Origin: a virus
IMG/VR virus record: IMGVR_UViG_3300044832_000020
Coordinates: 1 to 62,107 of that record
Direction: 5' to 3' (one strand)
DNA: 62,107 nucleotides
In this document: piece by piece, positions 44,482-52,763 of the stretch
Numbering within the stretch: the stretch's first letter is position 1
How the letters are laid out: each line of letters begins with the position of its first letter
Notes under the pieces: generated by a model
What the model was told of the DNA's origin: nothing
Databases searched by the model: none
The model's input: the letters and a program-made list of their open reading frames with translations, nothing else
Made by a program: the position numbers and the translations under genes

Positions 44482-44949
44482 TCAGGACAGCAGTCGTGCG
44501 GCGCCGGCACCATGGCCCTTGCCGCCGCCCATGTGAATGTCGGAACGCCCGGACGGGGTCAGCCCGAACTCGCGCGCGTAGACCCGGATCGTGGCGGCGG
44601 CGTCGCGCTGCACCTGGACGGCGGGGTTGCGGACGGCGACCTGCCCGGTGCGCGCGTTGACCGTGACGAGCACGTTGGATTTCGCGAGCAGCCGGGATGC
44701 CTTGCGGTGGATCACCACGGCCTCGCAGTAGCAGACGAGTGCGTCACGGTCGGCGGGGCTGGCCAGCTTCATCGCGACGAGCTGGGTCAGGGTGTAGTCC
44801 CAGACGGCGCGCACTTCGGGGCTCATCTCCGCCGGCGGCTCGGGCTGCCCTTCGGGCGCGTCGGGTTCGTCGGTGTTGATCCGATCTTTCCGGTCGCCCT
44901 TCAGGATTCGCAGGTTGGTGGGTGCGCCTTTCGGTCCTCGTGCGCCCAT
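44482..44949 (-). CDS. terS: terminase small subunit (P27-family-like)
   Basis: MGARGPKGAPTNLRILKGDRKDRIN...AVWDYTL...VRNPAVQV...REFGLTPSGR resembles the P27 small terminase family. Confidence 0.7.
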   Translation of the reverse strand: MGARGPKGAPTNLRILKGDRKDRINTDEPDAPEGQPEPPAEMSPEVRAVWDYTLTQLVAMKLASPADRDALVCYCEAVVIHRKASRLLAKSNVLVTVNARTGQVAVRNPAVQVQRDAAATIRVYAREFGLTPSGRSDIHMGGGKGHGAGAARLLS

Positions 44950-44976
44950 GACTGCTCCCTCTCGTAGTTGTTCTGA

Positions 44977-45009
44977 GCCGTCACCGGTGCGGTTCTACCG
45001 GGTCGGCAG
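44977..45009. promoter_or_regulatory. copy 3 of the quasi-palindromic motif, 28 nt upstream of terS
   Basis: gccgtcaccggtgcggttctaccgggtcggcag. Confidence 0.7.
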
Positions 45010-45102
45010 ATCGAGGCGACACGTTCTATCGCAGGCGTGCCCCGACGCGGTAGAAACGTCAGGGGCCAGTTGACACTCTTGTTTACAGGGAGCCACGGTC
45101 CG

Positions 45103-45215
45103 TCACCCAAAATAGTTGCTTACTTCAGTGGTCGGGGGCTTGTTTTCTCTGGGCGGGCGCGTAACTTGAGTGGTGTAGTGCCCCGCAAGTTCAACCCCCA
45201 CCCGAGGAGCCCGCC
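45103..45215 (+). promoter_or_regulatory. promoter/operator/leader cassette, copy 1
   Basis: tcacccaaaatagttgc ... cttgtttt N16-17 taactt ... ggtgtagtgccccgcaagtt ... ggag ... ATG. Confidence 0.7.
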
Positions 45216-45401
45216 ATGAACGCAACCCAGACACTCGCAGCCCAGCTCGCATCGCTCGCTGTCCTGCTCCCGGTCCTGGTGTGGTCCGGCCGGGCGTACG
45301 TCAAAGCTGTCTACGCCCCGCACCCGGACACCGACCCCACGTACCAGTGGGACGTCGAGCTGACCGCCGATGGCCGCTTCCTCGTCCACCCCGTCTCATG
45401 A
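45216..45401 (+). CDS. small membrane protein (61 aa)
   Basis: Track ORF, first gene after cassette 1. Confidence 0.55.
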   Translation: MNATQTLAAQLASLAVLLPVLVWSGRAYVKAVYAPHPDTDPTYQWDVELTADGRFLVHPVS

Positions 45402-45601
45402 CCGCCACGATCGCGGCCCGCGATCTCGCCAAGGCGAGCACCGCCGACCTCATCGCGCAGTACGACAAAGCGGTCAGCAGCAACGCTGGCCGCTACACCA
45501 ACACGTCACCCCGCCAGACGCGGATCAACCTGATCGTTGATCTGCTCGCCGGCCGCGCCGACAAAGACGACGCCCTGGCGATCGAGTGGCTCGCATCATG
45601 A
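45398..45601 (+). CDS. hypothetical protein (67 aa)
   Basis: ATG 45398 in ATGA overlap (MTATIAARDLAK...). Confidence 0.5.
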   Translation: MTATIAARDLAKASTADLIAQYDKAVSSNAGRYTNTSPRQTRINLIVDLLAGRADKDDALAIEWLAS

Positions 45602-45771
45602 ACACCCGCTGGCCCGTCGTCGCGCGACACATCGACCGCGTCACTTGCGACCACGTCGAGTGCCACGCGCTGCGGGCTCTCGCACAGGAGGCCCACCGCC
45701 TCCACCGGTACGACCTCGTCAACACGGCTGAGCGCGAGCTGAGCCGCTGTCCAGAAAGGACTGACTCATGA
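45598..45771 (+). CDS. hypothetical protein (57 aa)
   Basis: ATG 45598 in ATGA overlap (MNTRWPVVARH...). Confidence 0.45.
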   Translation: MNTRWPVVARHIDRVTCDHVECHALRALAQEAHRLHRYDLVNTAERELSRCPERTDS

Positions 45772-46025
45772 ACAACCCCGCCGACCTTTTCTGCGCCGAA
45801 TGCGGCGCGCCCGCCACCCAGCGCGTGACCGTGCTGGTCGACGTCAACGGCGACCCCGACGCGGCCCGGCTCGACTCGCAGTCTTACTGCACTCTGCACG
45901 CGGCGACCGTCACCGAGGAACTTGCCCACGGCAACCCTCCGAACGCCGAGCTGGTCTCTGTGCTCGCGATCACCGAGGCGTGGTTGGCGCACCGAGAGGT
46001 CTGTGACAACTGTCGCAACCTGTGA
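45768..46025 (+). CDS. zinc-ribbon-like protein (85 aa)
   Basis: CAEC...C..H...CDNC; track ORF. Confidence 0.55.
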   Translation: MNNPADLFCAECGAPATQRVTVLVDVNGDPDAARLDSQSYCTLHAATVTEELAHGNPPNAELVSVLAITEAWLAHREVCDNCRNL

Positions 46026-46032
46026 TCTCTCG

Positions 46033-46141
46033 TCACCCAAAATAGTCGCTTACTTTAGTGGCCCAGAGCTTGTCAGGTTTCTCGGACGCGCGTAACTTCA
46101 GAGTCAGTAAGCCCCGCAAGTTACCAGCTAGGGAGACCGAG
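46033..46141 (+). promoter_or_regulatory. promoter/operator/leader cassette, copy 2
   Basis: -35 TTGTCA, 17 nt, -10 TAACTT; same flanking boxes. Confidence 0.7.
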
Positions 46142-46483
46142 ATGAACACCACCACCGCCGCCAGCTTCACCGCCACCATCGTGTTCTGCGACTACAGCCA
46201 GAACCAGCAGTCCACCGTCTCCCGCGAATTCACCGACTACGCCAAGGCGATCCAGTGGATCAACATCCAGAAGTTCCAGGTGACCGAAGACCTGCTGAGC
46301 GCGACGATCGTTCCCACCCCCGCCGCCCCGACCGCCCTGCAGATCACGCTTGCTGAGCTGCAGGCCGAAGAGTCCGCTCGCGAGTTGGACAGCATGCTGG
46401 CCCGCGACTGGACCCAGCCCGAGACGCCCGCCGAGTGGGCCGAGCGCCTCAACCGCAAGCTAGCCCGGGGCGTCCGCCCCTGA
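46142..46483 (+). CDS. hypothetical protein (113 aa)
   Basis: ATG 46142 directly after cassette 2. Confidence 0.55.
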   Translation: MNTTTAASFTATIVFCDYSQNQQSTVSREFTDYAKAIQWINIQKFQVTEDLLSATIVPTPAAPTALQITLAELQAEESARELDSMLARDWTQPETPAEWAERLNRKLARGVRP

Positions 46484-46517
46484 TCTCCCACCGGGGGCGG
46501 GTGAAACCGCCCCCAAC

Positions 46518-46590
46518 GGGTCTATAGCTCAATGGCAGAGCAGGCCATCTATATGCGCTTGGCGCCGGTTCGATTCCGGCTAGATCCACC
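46518..46590 (+). tRNA. tRNA-like gene (73 nt) with canonical acceptor, D and T arms but an irregular anticodon arm; identity unresolved (loop tctatat)
   Basis: gggtcta ta gctc aatggca gagc a ggcca tctatat gcgct tggc gccgg ttcgatt ccggc tagatcc a. Only 3 of 5 anticodon-stem pairs form. Confidence 0.55.
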
Positions 46591-46624
46591 GAGACCGCCA
46601 ACCGGGCGGTCAGAAGGGAAAGTC

Positions 46625-47095
46625 ATGACAGGCACGACCCTGCGCACTCGCACTCACCAACAGCGAATCGAGCAGATCCGCCGACTGGTCGCTGAGCATC
46701 ACGTCCCCGTGACCGGCCAGAACCTGCACGAAGATTTCGTCCTCGACAACATCGCCAGCGTGCTCGGCGGCGGCGAGGCTACGATCTCCCACCCCCACTA
46801 CGTCGCATGCCTGGAATACCTGGCCCGCCGGCCGATCTACCGCGCCGATCGTTCGTCGCTAACGACAGTGTCGAATCTGATCCTGCGGATCCGCCGCGAG
46901 CATGACAAGGCATTCAGCTACGACGCCGGCTATGACGGCGGCGAGTTCTCTGGCCCAGCTCATCAGCGAGCTGAGACCCGGGAGATCGAGGTCGCGGTGG
47001 CCAGCAACGGCTGGACCTGGCAAGCGCTAGAGGATGAGCTACGCGCCCGCACGACTGCGCGCTGGGCTCACTACGTACTGATGGGCTGGTTCTGA
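46625..47095 (+). CDS. hypothetical protein (156 aa)
   Basis: ATG 46625 with SD gaaggga. Confidence 0.55.
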   Translation: MTGTTLRTRTHQQRIEQIRRLVAEHHVPVTGQNLHEDFVLDNIASVLGGGEATISHPHYVACLEYLARRPIYRADRSSLTTVSNLILRIRREHDKAFSYDAGYDGGEFSGPAHQRAETREIEVAVASNGWTWQALEDELRARTTARWAHYVLMGWF

Positions 47096-47292
47096 TGGCT
47101 GAGAGCGAGCCCCTGTGGGGCCTGTTGTTCGACGGTAAGGAACTGGCCGCCGCTGGCCCGATGGTCATGACGCGCCACAGCGACGCGCCCGCCGATTACA
47201 GCATGATGATCCGCCGCGACGGCGAGACCATCACCCTGCCCGGGTCGTTCCGGCTGCGCTTCATCGCGACCGAGATCCCGTCTCTCAACTAG
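47095..47292 (+). CDS. hypothetical protein (65 aa)
   Basis: Track ORF with start/stop overlap. Confidence 0.5.
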   Translation: MAESEPLWGLLFDGKELAAAGPMVMTRHSDAPADYSMMIRRDGETITLPGSFRLRFIATEIPSLN

Positions 47293-47304
47293 GAGGAACC
47301 AACC

Positions 47305-47673
47305 ATGTCCGAAGTCACCTTCGCCGACGTCCTCACGTACGTCGCCACAACCGCAACCTTCGATGAGATCAAGGCGCTGTTTGCCGCCGGCAACGCGCGG
47401 GGCAAAGCGCTCCATGCTGCTGACGCCGCCGTCACTGCCGGGCTGCTGAAAGCCGGCGACCGGGTCGAGCTGGCCGGCGTCCGGCCCGCGTACCTCAACG
47501 GGCTCACCGGGACGTTCGTTCGTCTGGACACCGCGAATCGTGCTCGCACGACCGCCAAGCAGCGCGCCACGGTCAAGCTGGATGAGGCAAGCGCCTTCAA
47601 GGCTGGCCGCTACGTGAACGGCAGTCGCGAGATCGCCGGGATCCCCGTCAGCGCTCTCAAGATCGTCGCCTGA
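47305..47673 (+). CDS. hypothetical protein (122 aa)
   Basis: Track ORF; SD aggagg upstream. Confidence 0.6.
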   Translation: MSEVTFADVLTYVATTATFDEIKALFAAGNARGKALHAADAAVTAGLLKAGDRVELAGVRPAYLNGLTGTFVRLDTANRARTTAKQRATVKLDEASAFKAGRYVNGSREIAGIPVSALKIVA

Positions 47674-47769
47674 CACGCGCCCGCGTGACTCTTCATGTGT
47701 CTGTGTGCCCAGCGGGTCAGGACCCGGCAGATCGTCGCCGGTGACTCGGCCCGTCTGGGCGACGGATCG

Positions 47770-47876
47770 TCACCCGAAATAGTTGCTCCCGGTTCGCGCC
47801 CAGCCCTTGTTTCCCCGCCGGGCGCGCGTAACTTGAGAGGTGTAGTACCCCGCAAGTTTACTCAGAGGAGACCGAG
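47770..47876 (+). promoter_or_regulatory. promoter/operator/leader cassette, copy 3
   Basis: As copy 1; dyad AACTTG N17 CAAGTT intact. Confidence 0.7.
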
Positions 47877-48263
47877 ATGACCACCACCCCGACCGCCGTC
47901 CTCACCGCCTACTTCCACTCGGGGTTTGGCGAGAGCAGCCCGATCTTCGCCGACCTCAAAGTCGAATTCGGCACCGACGAAACCGCCGCCCGCGAGCTGG
48001 CCGCGAAACTCCCCAAGAGCTACGGGGCCAGCGTTCACACCGTCGGCCGCTACTCCGGTGGGACCAGCACCTACTACCTCGCAGTCCACGCCAACCTGTT
48101 CCCGACCGAGGGCAACGACCGCAACGAAACCGGCATCCGCCGCCTCATCAACGCCGAGCGCAAGCTCACCGCGCTGGGCGTCGAGATCGCCTTCGGCAAC
48201 CCCGCCGACCGCACGATCAACGCCTACCGCACCCGCGAGCAGTTCAACGCCGCGATCGCCTGA
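47877..48263 (+). CDS. hypothetical protein (128 aa)
   Basis: Track ORF after cassette 3. Confidence 0.6.
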   Translation: MTTTPTAVLTAYFHSGFGESSPIFADLKVEFGTDETAARELAAKLPKSYGASVHTVGRYSGGTSTYYLAVHANLFPTEGNDRNETGIRRLINAERKLTALGVEIAFGNPADRTINAYRTREQFNAAIA

Positions 48264-48315
48264 CCTGAGCGGGCGGGTCTCCCCCGAGACTCGCCCAACT
48301 GAGGGCCACGATCCA

Positions 48316-48424
48316 TCACCCAAAATAGTTGCCGCGATCAAGCGCCCAGCCCTTGTTTTCCCGCTGGGGGCGCGTAACTTAAGAGGTGTAGTACCCCGCA
48401 AGTTCAACCCCAAGGGAGCCGATC
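48316..48424 (+). promoter_or_regulatory. promoter/operator/leader cassette, copy 4
   Basis: -35 ttgttt 48353..48358 and -10 taactt 48375..48380. Confidence 0.7.
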
Positions 48425-48649
48425 ATGATCACTCGCACCGTCGCCACCGTCGTCGCCACCCCGGCCACCGAACTCCAGTTCGCCGTCGAGGGCTTCACCA
48501 CCGAACTCGCCACCGACCTGCTCCCCCTGCTCGTTGCGTCAGCGCAAGTTGACGGCACCGACGTCAGCGAAGCCCGCGAGTCGTTCCTCTCCACCCTGCG
48601 CGACGCGCTGACCACCGCCCACCAGCTCTCCCACGAATTCGACAACTGA
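48425..48649 (+). CDS. hypothetical protein (74 aa)
   Basis: Track ORF after cassette 4. Confidence 0.55.
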   Translation: MITRTVATVVATPATELQFAVEGFTTELATDLLPLLVASAQVDGTDVSEARESFLSTLRDALTTAHQLSHEFDN

Positions 48650-48736
48650 CCAGACAGCAGTTGAGCGAGTCCGCCCCGACTCGCTGAATCGGTTGCCTGA
48701 CCACCCCGGCCAGACCCGAACCCCGAAAGGAAAGTC

Positions 48737-49753
48737 ATGTCGCACCAGCTAGAACGCAACGGCACCGAGGTCGCCTTTGTCGACAACCGGAACGATGCTT
48801 GGCACCAGCTCAACAACCTGCCGGCCGAGTATCAGGGCAAGAAAATCAGCGCGGAGGTAGCGCTGGAGGCCGGCCACCTCGCCGACTGGAACGTCCGCAA
48901 GGTTCCCGCGTATGCCCTGCTCGACGGCGGCGAGTACGTCGCGATGCCCGGTCAATTCGCCACCGTTCGCGACAACCCCTGGACGCCAGGCCAAGTCGAT
49001 CTGCTCGGCAGTGTCGGCAGCGCCTACGTGCCCGTCCAGAACGAAAGCAACATCGACGTCCTGAATGCCGTTATCGATGAGACGGGCGCCACGATCGAGA
49101 CCGCCGGCTCGCTGCGCGACGGCAAGAACGTGTTCGTCACGATGAAACTCCCCGACACGATGAGCGTGGGCGGCGTCGACAAGGTCGATCTCTACATCGC
49201 CGGTCTCAACAGCCACGATGGGACGTCCGCGTACAACATCCTCGTCTCGCCGGTCCGCGTCGTCTGCGCCAACACCCAGAGCTATGCGCTCCGCAACTTC
49301 GAGGCGAAACACCCGATCCGCCACACATCCAGCGCGACCAAGAAAATCGAGCTGGTCCGCCAGTCGCTCGGGCTCGCGTTCAAGTACGCCGAGGAGCTGC
49401 AGGTCGAGGCAGACAAGATGATCGACACCGCGCAGACCGAGGCCCAGTTCCTGGAGATCGTCAACCAGATCTGGACCCCCGACGACGAGCCCAGCAAGCG
49501 GGCCGTCACCGTCGCTGCCGAGCGCACCGCAAAGCTGGTCGACCTGTTCTCAGTCGCCCCCACCCAGGCGAACATCAGGGGCACCCGCTGGGCCGGTCTG
49601 CAGGCAGTCACCGAGTACATGGACCATTTCGCGCCCGTCCACAGTGGCCAGCGCGACGAAGCCACCCAGCGCGCCGAGCGCGTCCTGGTCGGCTCCACCG
49701 CCGCCAGCAAGTCGACCCGCCAAAAGGCGTTCGACCTCTTCTCCGTCAACTGA
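48737..49753 (+). CDS. DUF932-family phage/plasmid protein (338 aa)
   Basis: NDAWHQL...VPVQNE...GKNVFVTMKLP...LNSHDGTSAY...VRVVCANT fits the DUF932/TIGR03299 pattern. Confidence 0.65.
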   Translation: MSHQLERNGTEVAFVDNRNDAWHQLNNLPAEYQGKKISAEVALEAGHLADWNVRKVPAYALLDGGEYVAMPGQFATVRDNPWTPGQVDLLGSVGSAYVPVQNESNIDVLNAVIDETGATIETAGSLRDGKNVFVTMKLPDTMSVGGVDKVDLYIAGLNSHDGTSAYNILVSPVRVVCANTQSYALRNFEAKHPIRHTSSATKKIELVRQSLGLAFKYAEELQVEADKMIDTAQTEAQFLEIVNQIWTPDDEPSKRAVTVAAERTAKLVDLFSVAPTQANIRGTRWAGLQAVTEYMDHFAPVHSGQRDEATQRAERVLVGSTAASKSTRQKAFDLFSVN

Positions 49754-49829
49754 CCGAAAGCGGATCACCCCCGCCCCACCAGGCAGGGGTGATCCGGCAC
49801 CACCCCACCAACCCCGAAAGGAACACGTC

Positions 49830-50255
49830 ATGAACGACACATCCAACCCGACTGTCTGGGTCTCGATCGCCGAGCTACAGGCCGCCGTGTATGAGGTCGA
49901 GGCCGGTCGCAACGGCGACGTCAACGATCTCGTGAGGCTGCGCCACGCGCTGAATCTGGCGCTGGCCCGCTGGCCCGAAGTCAACCCCTACCCGCCCGTC
50001 TGGCACGTCGCACAGGCTCACGTTGACGATCACAGCCGGCCCGAAGTGCTGCTGCACCTTGAGCACTGCCCGCACTTCTACACCGACGCGGAGCGGGCTG
50101 CTGAAAGCATCCGAGACCCCGACGTCCGCCAGACGACCGCTGGGGAACGCGCGCTCACACTCGACGGCGCCGGCCGTACATGGCGCCACTGTCAGCACTG
50201 CGACGCGAAAGCCGCGAAGGGCGAATCCTGGCCGGATTGGAACGCGGCATCGTGA
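49830..50255 (+). CDS. hypothetical protein (141 aa)
   Basis: ATG 49830 (MNDTSNPTVWV...), in frame within the track ORF. Confidence 0.55.
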   Translation: MNDTSNPTVWVSIAELQAAVYEVEAGRNGDVNDLVRLRHALNLALARWPEVNPYPPVWHVAQAHVDDHSRPEVLLHLEHCPHFYTDAERAAESIRDPDVRQTTAGERALTLDGAGRTWRHCQHCDAKAAKGESWPDWNAAS

Positions 50256-50497
50256 TCACCGTCGGGATCGTCGGCGACTACAACAACGACCATCACTATG
50301 AGCGCACCGTCGCGGTCGCCGGCCCCACCGCTGAGGAACGCAACGATCTCGGCGAGTGGTGGTGGGACGTTGTGTATCCCGAGACAGGTGACAACCAGAC
50401 AGAGCGGGGCGTCGAGGGCATACACACATGCACGATCCTCGCTGCCGACCCGCCAGACAACGACCTCGTGGGCGTCACGTACGACCTAGGCGGCTGA
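50252..50497 (+). CDS. hypothetical protein (81 aa)
   Basis: GTG 50252 in GTGA overlap. Confidence 0.5.
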   Translation: MITVGIVGDYNNDHHYERTVAVAGPTAEERNDLGEWWWDVVYPETGDNQTERGVEGIHTCTILAADPPDNDLVGVTYDLGG

Positions 50498-50500
50498 GCA

Positions 50501-50701
50501 GTGAGAATCACCGAGGCCCGGAAGCGCGCGACCGCCACGGGGCGGCACGGGTACTTCCGGGCCAGCGCCACCGAGATGTATGCGCGTTGCCCGGAGTGCC
50601 GGGTCAACGTCACCACGACCGTGTTCGCCTGGGCGAGCGAATCCGAAAAGTCCAAGGCCCGTAAGCAGTCAATGATCGAGCACCTGATGGAGGAGCACTG
50701 A
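50501..50701 (+). CDS. hypothetical protein with CPEC motif (66 aa)
   Basis: Track ORF. Confidence 0.5.
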   Translation: MRITEARKRATATGRHGYFRASATEMYARCPECRVNVTTTVFAWASESEKSKARKQSMIEHLMEEH

Positions 50702-51054
50702 TGATGAGCACCGCAATCGACACGAGACAAGCGCCCCTGTGGGTACGGACAGCGAGGCGCCCATGGAAGCCGCCGCGACTGTCGCCCGACGGGAAGCCGT
50801 TCGAGCCGGAAGGGTTCCACCCGGGCGCGACAGTGACATGGCGGCAGCTCGTTGCCGGCGACTGGGCCGAGCGTTCCGGGCAAGTCTGGTCGGACGGCTG
50901 GCTGCCCAAATCAGTCTGGGTGATCCCCTTCGAGCCACTCGCCGGCGAGCACGCGGTGCTCGTGCAGCAAGAGCGGTACGGCCGATACGAACGCAGCACC
51001 TGGGGCGACGACAACGCCGCCACATTCAAGGCGAACACCGAGAGGAACCACTGA
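50701..51054 (+). CDS. hypothetical protein (117 aa)
   Basis: Track ORF. Confidence 0.55.
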   Translation: MMSTAIDTRQAPLWVRTARRPWKPPRLSPDGKPFEPEGFHPGATVTWRQLVAGDWAERSGQVWSDGWLPKSVWVIPFEPLAGEHAVLVQQERYGRYERSTWGDDNAATFKANTERNH

Positions 51055-51055
51055 C

Positions 51056-51302
51056 ATGTCCGCTGATCGCACGTCGACGTTCAACCACCCGTACCAATTG
51101 CGGGGCCGGCAGTTCAAGACGCGCACCTACAAGACCGAGGCCGCCATGGATGCGGCTGCGGCCAAGGCACTCGCCGACAGCTACTGGCCCAACACCGGCT
51201 GGCCGGTGGCTGCGCGGGCTGCGGGAATTCCAGCCGAAGGGGATGCCCCACGACTGGTACGAGATCAAGACGTACTACCCGGAAGCCGAGAGGGTGTGGT
51301 GA
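51056..51302 (+). pseudogene. small gene whose coding signal switches +1 frame near the GGG at 51223..51225 (indel, pseudogene or recoding)
   Basis: The frame of ATG 51056 is GC3-rich until about 51222. From there the +1 frame is GC3-rich (EFQPKGMPHDWYEIKTYYPEAERVW) and stops at 51300..51302. Confidence 0.45.
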
Positions 51303-51304
51303 CG

Positions 51305-51844
51305 ATGAACCAGCGCGAGCAACTACTGGCCGCGTATAACGCATGGCAGATCGAGCGGGCCTCGCTGTCCGAGCGCGAGAACAACCAGAGGGACCCGGAC
51401 GGCCCGGTCAGCTCGGACGAGTGGCACGCCAGCGACGACGCGGGGATCGACCTGCTGCACAGCTTCGCGGCGTTCGATTGGAACGTCTTGCCGGCCGAGC
51501 GCCCCGATCACTGGGCCGAGGACAGGGAGTTTCCCGTCGCCGACTGGCGAGCCGAGGTCGCCGATGACAACACCCGCCAGAGCTACGTCGACTGGGTAGC
51601 GAGCCAGCGGGGTGAGCTGGCTGACAACGTCCTGGCCGAGCCGGCGCCGTTACCGCCGAACTGGCAGGTAGCAGATCTGCATGACCCGGACTCACCGGAT
51701 CTGGCCGACAACATCCTGGCCGTGAGCGACGACGTCGACCCGTTCGCCTACGCCGAACACACCGAGGACGCGAACGCGGGTAGCGACGATGACCAAGCAG
51801 AGCCATACGCCAGCGATGAGCCGATCGAGGGCGGTTATCGGTGA
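51305..51844 (+). CDS. hypothetical acidic protein (179 aa)
   Basis: ATG 51305 (MNQREQLLAAYNAW...); GC3 recovers here. Confidence 0.55.
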   Translation: MNQREQLLAAYNAWQIERASLSERENNQRDPDGPVSSDEWHASDDAGIDLLHSFAAFDWNVLPAERPDHWAEDREFPVADWRAEVADDNTRQSYVDWVASQRGELADNVLAEPAPLPPNWQVADLHDPDSPDLADNILAVSDDVDPFAYAEHTEDANAGSDDDQAEPYASDEPIEGGYR

Positions 51845-51876
51845 ACGCGACCCCGTCACGGGTTAACGTGGGAGGT

Positions 51877-52152
51877 ATGACTACTCCCACGTTTCTCCCG
51901 CTACGGGAAATCGCTGAGCTGATCGGCGTCGAGTACCGCACGATCCGCAACTACCACCAAATGGCTGAGCGCCGGCGCCGCGAGAGCGAGTCGAGCGGCG
52001 TCGACGTCACGCGACCCGGCGATTTCCCGAAACCCGATGACACATTCAGTCGGACGCCCGTCTGGAAGGTCTCGACGGTACGCGCCTGGGAGAAGCGCCG
52101 GCCCGGTCGCGGCGTGGGTGGCGGCCGGCCACCTAAGAAAGATGCTGGCTGA
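51877..52152 (+). CDS. AlpA/excisionase-type HTH protein (91 aa)
   Basis: ATG 51877 after gggaggt. LPLREIAELIGVEYRTIRNY...DFPKPD...TPVWKVSTVRAWEKRR. Confidence 0.6.
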   Translation: MTTPTFLPLREIAELIGVEYRTIRNYHQMAERRRRESESSGVDVTRPGDFPKPDDTFSRTPVWKVSTVRAWEKRRPGRGVGGGRPPKKDAG

Positions 52153-52234
52153 CACCGCCTGACCCCTACCGGGTCCGATCGAGCGCCCTAAGCAGTCACT
52201 AGCGCTCGATACCCACCGAAAACCCACTGTCAAC

Positions 52235-52305
52235 GGGCTCTTGACACCGCCAGAGGCATGCGCGAATCTTAGAGGGCAACACACCCACCAAGTTAGGAGC
52301 CCGCC
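52235..52305 (+). promoter_or_regulatory. diverged fifth copy of the promoter/leader cassette
   Basis: cttgaca ... gcgcgaatctt ... caagtt aggagcccgcc ATG. The last 15 nt are nearly identical to copy 1. Confidence 0.5.
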
Positions 52306-52590
52306 ATGAGCCGCAAGCTAGGTCCCGTCGAAACCCCCGAGTATGGCGCGATGGTGCGTCGCATGGTCCGCGCGTACGGCAAGCGCGTTGGCAACGCCGA
52401 CGACGTCGACCTGAGCCAAATGCTCGCCCTGCGCGATGAGGTCGAGGCAGCGATTGCCACCGCCGTGACCCTGCAGCGCACCGAGTGGAACCGCTCATGG
52501 GCCGAGATCGGCCGTGGGCTCGGCATCACCCGCCAAGCAGCCCAGCAGCGTTACGGGCGCACCCAGAACGAAGAGGAGCAGGCATCGTGA
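52306..52590 (+). CDS. small HTH DNA-binding protein (94 aa)
   Basis: C-terminal WAEIGRGLGITRQAAQQRYGR is a sigma-r4/Hin-like HTH. Confidence 0.55.
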   Translation: MSRKLGPVETPEYGAMVRRMVRAYGKRVGNADDVDLSQMLALRDEVEAAIATAVTLQRTEWNRSWAEIGRGLGITRQAAQQRYGRTQNEEEQAS

Positions 52591-52763
52591 CCGACTGCAC
52601 CGGCAGCGGGCGACCGTGGGGCTCGGGGACGGGCGCCCCGATCTGCCCCGTCTGCCACCGAGGACCCAACGCACTACAGACCAAGCGGCCCGTGCGCCGC
52701 AAAGGCCACTGGTCCGGCATCGTGCCGGCCCACGAACACAGGGAAGGATCGCTGAGGAAATGA
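52587..52763 (+). CDS. hypothetical protein with CPVC motif (58 aa)
   Basis: GTG 52587 in GTGA overlap. Confidence 0.4.
   Translation: MTDCTGSGRPWGSGTGAPICPVCHRGPNALQTKRPVRRKGHWSGIVPAHEHREGSLRK

Noticed and set aside
51056-51844. A single 262-aa ORF as given in the track
   Set aside because: Third-position GC collapses between about 51225 and 51304 in that frame, while the +1 frame is coding-like and terminates at 51302. I split it into a frame-disrupted small gene plus a gene starting at 51305.
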